Source: an uncultured Spirochaetota bacterium (GTDB taxonomy: Bacteria > Spirochaetota > Spirochaetia > SZUA-6 > Fen-1364). From it: DNA of 64,000 nucleotides. Within the stretch, counting starts at the first letter, position 1, and every line of letters starts with the position of its first letter. The position numbers were made by a program, and so were the translations under genes. The DNA lies in the NCBI GenBank assembly GCA_963845535.1, contig CAWJSK010000019.1:460280-524279 (forward strand), given 5' to 3'. The notes beneath the pieces were generated by a model that was not told the DNA's origin, made no database searches, and worked only from the letters and a program-made list of their open reading frames with translations. Below, in pieces: positions 59,868 to 64,000 of the stretch.

Positions 59868-60571
59868 CTAAATCCCGAGATACGCCGCCTTCACCTGGGA
59901 GTTGTTCGCAATCTCTTTTGCAGGTCCTGACAGCACAATGCGCCCCGTTTCCAGGACGTACGCCCGGCTTGCAATGGACAAGGCCATCTGCGCGTTCTGC
60001 TCCACCAGGAGGATGCTCGTGCCCTCCTTGTTGATCTCCACGATGATTCGGAAGATCTCTTCCACAAGAATGGGGCTCAAGCCCATGGAAGGCTCATCAA
60101 GGAGGAGCAGGCTGGGGCGGCTCATGAGGCCGCGTCCCATTGCCAGCATCTGCTGTTCACCCCCGGACAGGGTCCCGCCATACTGGGTTGCCCTTTCCTT
60201 CAGGCGGGGGAAGCTGCGGTACACGCGTTCCAGGGTCTCTGATATTTCGGCCTGGTCACTGCGGGTGTACGCGCCCATTGTCAGGTTTTCCCGCACGGAA
60301 AGCGGCGCAAAAATTTTCGACCCTCGGGAACGTGGCTCATCCCGAGCTGGACAACCTTTTCCGCCGCCAGCGTGGAAATGTCCTGGCCGTTGAGATGAAT
60401 GGAGCCCGTTCGAGATCGCAAAAGGCCCGAAATGGTCCGAAGGGTGGTTGACTTGCCGGCACCGTTGGCGCCGATCAGGGTGACTATCTCACCCTGTTCC
60501 ACGTTGAAGGTGATCCCCTGGAGAGCGTGGATTGCGCCGTAATAGACGTTGAGATTTTCAACCTGCAGCAC
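59868..60571 (-). CDS. livF: LIV ABC ATPase (LivF-like), frameshift in the homopolymer at 60314-60317
   Basis: GANGAGKS..VPEGR / IFAPLSVRENL..LSGGEQQM..DEPSMGL. Confidence 0.85.
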
Positions 60572-61361
60572 TTGTGGCGACTCCTTTGCCCAGATACGCC
60601 TCGATAACGGTCTGGTTGCCCGCGATTTCCTTCGGGGTCCCCCGCGCAATGACCTCACCAAAGTCCATGACGGTGATCCTCTCACAGATTCCCATGACGA
60701 CGCGCATCTGGTGCTCGATCAGCAGGATGGTCAGCTTGAAGCGGTCCCGGATGAAATGGATCAGGTCCATCAGCTCGATGATCTCCCGCGGGTTCATCCC
60801 CGCGGCAGGCTCGTCGAGAAGGAGGACCTTCGGATTGCAGGCAAGGGCGCGCGCAATCTCCACCCGGCGCTGCTCACCGTAGGGAAGATTTTTGGAGATC
60901 TCCTCGGCAATTCCGTCCAGCTTGAAGATGGACAGAAAGTCGAGAGCCTGTTCCGTGAGCTCCTTTTCTTTGTCGAGGAACTTCTTGGTCCGAAGGAAGG
61001 AGTCCGCGAGGCTGTATCCGGCGTGGGCATGATATGCGATACGAACGTTATCCAGGACGGAGAGACTGGAGAAAAGGCGGATGTTCTGGAACGTCCTTGC
61101 AATTCCCAGGCGGGTGATCTCGTACGCCTCGGATCCGTCGATCCTCTCTCCGTCCAAGGTGATGCTCCCGGAGGTGAGCGTGATGACGCCCGTAATCAGG
61201 TTGAACACCGTGGTCTTGCCGGCGCCGTTCGGCCCGATGAGGCCCCACAGGGCTCCGCGCGGAAGGGACAGGGAGAAATTTTTTACCGCGCAGAGACCGC
61301 CGAAATACTTGGTGATCTCACCGATTTCCAGGAGAGCCCCTGGTGCATTGGAATCCGCCAT
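60558..61361 (-). CDS. livG: LIV ABC ATPase (LivG-like)
   Basis: GPNGAGKT, RTFQN, LPYG, LLDEPAAGMN, IEAYLG. Confidence 0.92.
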   Translation of the reverse strand: MADSNAPGALLEIGEITKYFGGLCAVKNFSLSLPRGALWGLIGPNGAGKTTVFNLITGVITLTSGSITLDGERIDGSEAYEITRLGIARTFQNIRLFSSLSVLDNVRIAYHAHAGYSLADSFLRTKKFLDKEKELTEQALDFLSIFKLDGIAEEISKNLPYGEQRRVEIARALACNPKVLLLDEPAAGMNPREIIELMDLIHFIRDRFKLTILLIEHQMRVVMGICERITVMDFGEVIARGTPKEIAGNQTVIEAYLGKGVATSAAG

Positions 61362-61362
61362 G

Positions 61363-62745
61363 TCAGGACAACTCCTTCTGCTGCGCCGGCGTGCCGCCGG
61401 ACGTTGTTTGGCCCTTCGCCGGGGAGCGACGGAGTGTTTTTTCAGCTTTCAGGAACCCCCACTCGACGTTCCCCAGGAGCCCCTGCGGTCGGATCAGCAT
61501 GAGAAGCAGCAGGGTGATGGGGTACAGCACGAAGCGCCAGGTAGGAGCTTCGGTCCCCATCTGGCCCAGGAGAACTCGGAGGAAGCCTTCCAGGAAAAAT
61601 ATCCACACGAAGGACGCGGCTAACGTGCCCGTCATGCTGCCCAGTCCTCCGAAAACCACGATGATGAGCGGGTTGAATCCAGCGATGAAGCTGAATGTGT
61701 TGGGACTGAGGAACCCGATATAGTGAGCGTAGACGCCGCCGCCGATGCCCGCCACAAAGCTTCCCAGGACAAACGCCAGGAGCTTCGAGCCGGCAACGTT
61801 GACGCCCATTGCCTTTGCCGCCGTCTCATCCTCCCGCACGGACATCGAGGCGCGTCCCGTGCTGGAGCGTATGAAGTTTCTGACGATGACAATGACAAGC
61901 ATAAGGAAGATGAAGGCGGTTACCCAGCTTGTCAGCTTGGGGATCCCGATCATCCCCCTGCCTCCCTTCATCTCGGGGAAGGGAAGGATGGTGTCCGTGT
62001 TCACCATGAGTGTCTGGACAACGATGGCAAAGCCCAGCGTGGCAATACCGAAATAGTCGCTTCCCAGCGTGAGCACCGGCAGCCCGAAGAGGAAGCTCAC
62101 CTCGGCGGCGAAAGCGCCCGCAAAGATGACGGCCAGGAAAAACACGATCTGCGCCACCACGGGGGACGAAAGAGGACCCGGTGCCGCGGTGGTTCCGAAC
62201 AGGGGTGTCAGCGTGGATGCGAGCGCGCGTCCCGCGTACAAGGCCACCGCTCCCGCAATGACCACGGCGATCAGATAGAACGTAAAGGCGGAAAGGACGG
62301 GGATTCCCCGGCGCATCCGCAGCAGGCGGCCCACGCCTATCCACGCCAGACCTGCAAAAATGACCCCGAGGCCGACCACGAGAAAGCCGCTTGCGTCACC
62401 GTTGCTCCACCGGTAGGTGATGTCAGCGGCCGCATACGCGCCAATTCCGTAGAAACCCCACTGGGCAAGGCTGAACTGGCCGTTGAATCCGTAGATGAGG
62501 TTCAAGCCAAGGCATACCATTGCCATGGTGACGGCCTGATAGAGCAGGTCCTGGTCGAACACCGAGAAAACCGCGAAATCACCGAATTGAGCAAGGAAAG
62601 CGAGCTGGATCACGCCGAAGGCGAGCAACACCGTGAGGGCCTTCTGCCAGAGAGCTTTTCGCGCAAGCCCCCACATGAGCCCGTAGATCCAGGCAACGAG
62701 GACGGCCATTTTCACGATCGTCAAAAAGAGATAGCTCAGTTCCAT
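61363..62745 (-). CDS. livM: LIV ABC permease (LivM-like)
   Basis: LGLNLIYGFNGQFSL, DYFGIATLGF, SVREDE, GGLGS. Confidence 0.9.
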   Translation of the reverse strand: MELSYLFLTIVKMAVLVAWIYGLMWGLARKALWQKALTVLLAFGVIQLAFLAQFGDFAVFSVFDQDLLYQAVTMAMVCLGLNLIYGFNGQFSLAQWGFYGIGAYAAADITYRWSNGDASGFLVVGLGVIFAGLAWIGVGRLLRMRRGIPVLSAFTFYLIAVVIAGAVALYAGRALASTLTPLFGTTAAPGPLSSPVVAQIVFFLAVIFAGAFAAEVSFLFGLPVLTLGSDYFGIATLGFAIVVQTLMVNTDTILPFPEMKGGRGMIGIPKLTSWVTAFIFLMLVIVIVRNFIRSSTGRASMSVREDETAAKAMGVNVAGSKLLAFVLGSFVAGIGGGVYAHYIGFLSPNTFSFIAGFNPLIIVVFGGLGSMTGTLAASFVWIFFLEGFLRVLLGQMGTEAPTWRFVLYPITLLLLMLIRPQGLLGNVEWGFLKAEKTLRRSPAKGQTTSGGTPAQQKELS

Positions 62746-62754
62746 CCCTTCCCC

Positions 62755-63885
62755 CTAGGCTTTCTCGCCCGCCGGCTCCCCGAAAATGCCGGTGGGGCGG
62801 ACGAGGAAGACGATGATCAGAATCGTGAACGACACCGCGTCACGCATGGGCGTGGAGATGTAGCTCATCGTGAGAGATTCGGCCTGTCCCATGATGAGGG
62901 CTCCCACGAAGGCGCCGGGGATGTTGCCGATGCCGCCGAGGACCGCGGCGACGAAGGCCTTGAGGCCCGGGAGGATGCCAAGCTGGGTCCAGATGGATTG
63001 GTAGGCAATGGCGTAGAGGACGCCTCCCATTCCCGCGAACGCGGCGCCAACGGCGAACGTGAAGGAGATCACACGGTCGACGTTTATCCCCATCAGCCGC
63101 GAGGTGGGCTTGTCGAATGAGGTGGCCCTCATTGCGATCCCGATCTTCGTCCTCCTGATAAGGAACTGCAGGAAGAGCTGCACCAGGACCGAGGCCGCAA
63201 GGATGATCAGGAAGATGTTGGAGAAAGTGATGGTATTGTCAGGAGACGCCTGCCCCGAATGAATCCGATGTATGCCATCCTTGATGTACCATGCGGTGAT
63301 GTCGAACGGGGCCTTGTAGGGAATGAAGCGCGGAGAGAAAACAAACTGAAGCGCGCCGAAGAACTCCAGGAAGAACGAGACGCCGATGGCGGTAATGAGC
63401 GCCGCGATGCGCGGGGCGTCCCGCAAGGGCTTGTATGCCACTCTTTCGATGGTGATGGCGAGCACTGTGCAGACAAGCATGGCAAGGAGAATGACGGTAA
63501 TGGACCCGATGACCAAGGACAGTCCCACCGGAATGTTCGGAAAGACCATCTCAGGCCACCGATGCAAGTGAAACTGCGCTACAGCGTAGAAGCTTGTGAA
63601 AGCGCCCACCATGAAAATGTCCCCATGGGCGAAGTTGATCAACTTCACGATGCCATACACCATCGTGTAACCGAGGGCGATGAGCGCATAGACGCACCCG
63701 AGCTTCAGGCCGTCGATGACGTTCTGAAGGAACAGGATTGGGCTTCGTACGAAGTTGAGCACGAGGATATACGCTGCGAGCACTGCGAGCAGGATGAGAA
63801 ACCCGTTCCCAACCCACGCCAGCGGCGCACGGTTTTTCCGCGGGATGGCGGACGTAGCCGCAAGATGTTCGTTTTTCACAGGCAT
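62755..63885 (-). CDS. livH: LIV ABC permease (LivH-like)
   Basis: YALIALGYTMVYG..INFAHG, GIAMRA, KAFVAAVLGGIG. Confidence 0.92.
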   Translation of the reverse strand: MPVKNEHLAATSAIPRKNRAPLAWVGNGFLILLAVLAAYILVLNFVRSPILFLQNVIDGLKLGCVYALIALGYTMVYGIVKLINFAHGDIFMVGAFTSFYAVAQFHLHRWPEMVFPNIPVGLSLVIGSITVILLAMLVCTVLAITIERVAYKPLRDAPRIAALITAIGVSFFLEFFGALQFVFSPRFIPYKAPFDITAWYIKDGIHRIHSGQASPDNTITFSNIFLIILAASVLVQLFLQFLIRRTKIGIAMRATSFDKPTSRLMGINVDRVISFTFAVGAAFAGMGGVLYAIAYQSIWTQLGILPGLKAFVAAVLGGIGNIPGAFVGALIMGQAESLTMSYISTPMRDAVSFTILIIVFLVRPTGIFGEPAGEKA

Positions 63886-63919
63886 GTGCGCTCCGCTCTA
63901 GAGAAAGATTGAAGAAAGC

Positions 63920-63947
63920 GAGAGGGCAACCCTCAGGTTGCCCTCTC
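63920..63947 (-). terminator. Stem-loop between the upstream gene and livH
   Basis: GAGAGGGCAAC-N6-GTTGCCCTCTC, followed on the minus strand by GCTTTCTT. Confidence 0.7.
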
Positions 63948-63967
63948 CGAAATACTTTGTTTTCTGC

Positions 63968-64000
63968 TTATGGAGAGACGAAAGAGTCGAACACCTTCTT
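63968..64000 (-). CDS. 3' end of an upstream gene, probably the LIV solute-binding protein
   Basis: KKVFDSFVSP* open from the window edge; identity inferred from operon position only. Confidence 0.4.
   Translation of the reverse strand, partial: KKVFDSFVSP

Noticed and set aside
59597..60034. ORF with CGLCAPA repeats resembling a ferredoxin
   Set aside because: Translation artefact of the tandem repeat; overlaps crp and livF

Overview
High-GC bacterial DNA, most likely a free-living anaerobic spirochaete (inferred from the TGS-domain nucleoside kinase next to an HD-GYP gene, tandem Crp-family genes, and the style of the TonB remnant and solute-binding proteins). Core-like genes lie at both ends: 1-4.7 kb (kinase, HD-GYP, cobalamin/Fe ABC importer) and 54.6-64 kb (tRNA-Leu, LysM/M23, RpoS-type sigma factor, amidohydrolase plus two cNMP-binding proteins, LIV-type ABC). 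Between them is about 50 kb of accessory catabolic modules: a zone of gene debris (IS21 end, TetR-like, permease, TonB and ahcY fragments), a GH42 sugar operon, an aldehyde-detox cluster, a GH4 operon and a TetR-controlled aromatic-acid/FAD-FeS cluster. The most notable element is a ~17 kb GntR-led operon (24.6-41.6 kb) encoding an RraA/CHA aldolase, an Ldh2 dehydrogenase, a W-AOR, an SDR, a cupin, an IolN-type ring hydrolase, a LIV ABC transporter, a Zn-ADH, an ALDH, an MCP and two AroQ. Its chemistry fits an O2-independent, non-aromatic quinate/shikimate ring-opening route to 4-carboxy-4-hydroxy-2-oxoadipate; this is inference. Five isolated indels in otherwise intact genes are probably sequencing errors. 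All family calls come from motif recognition by eye; no database search was run.
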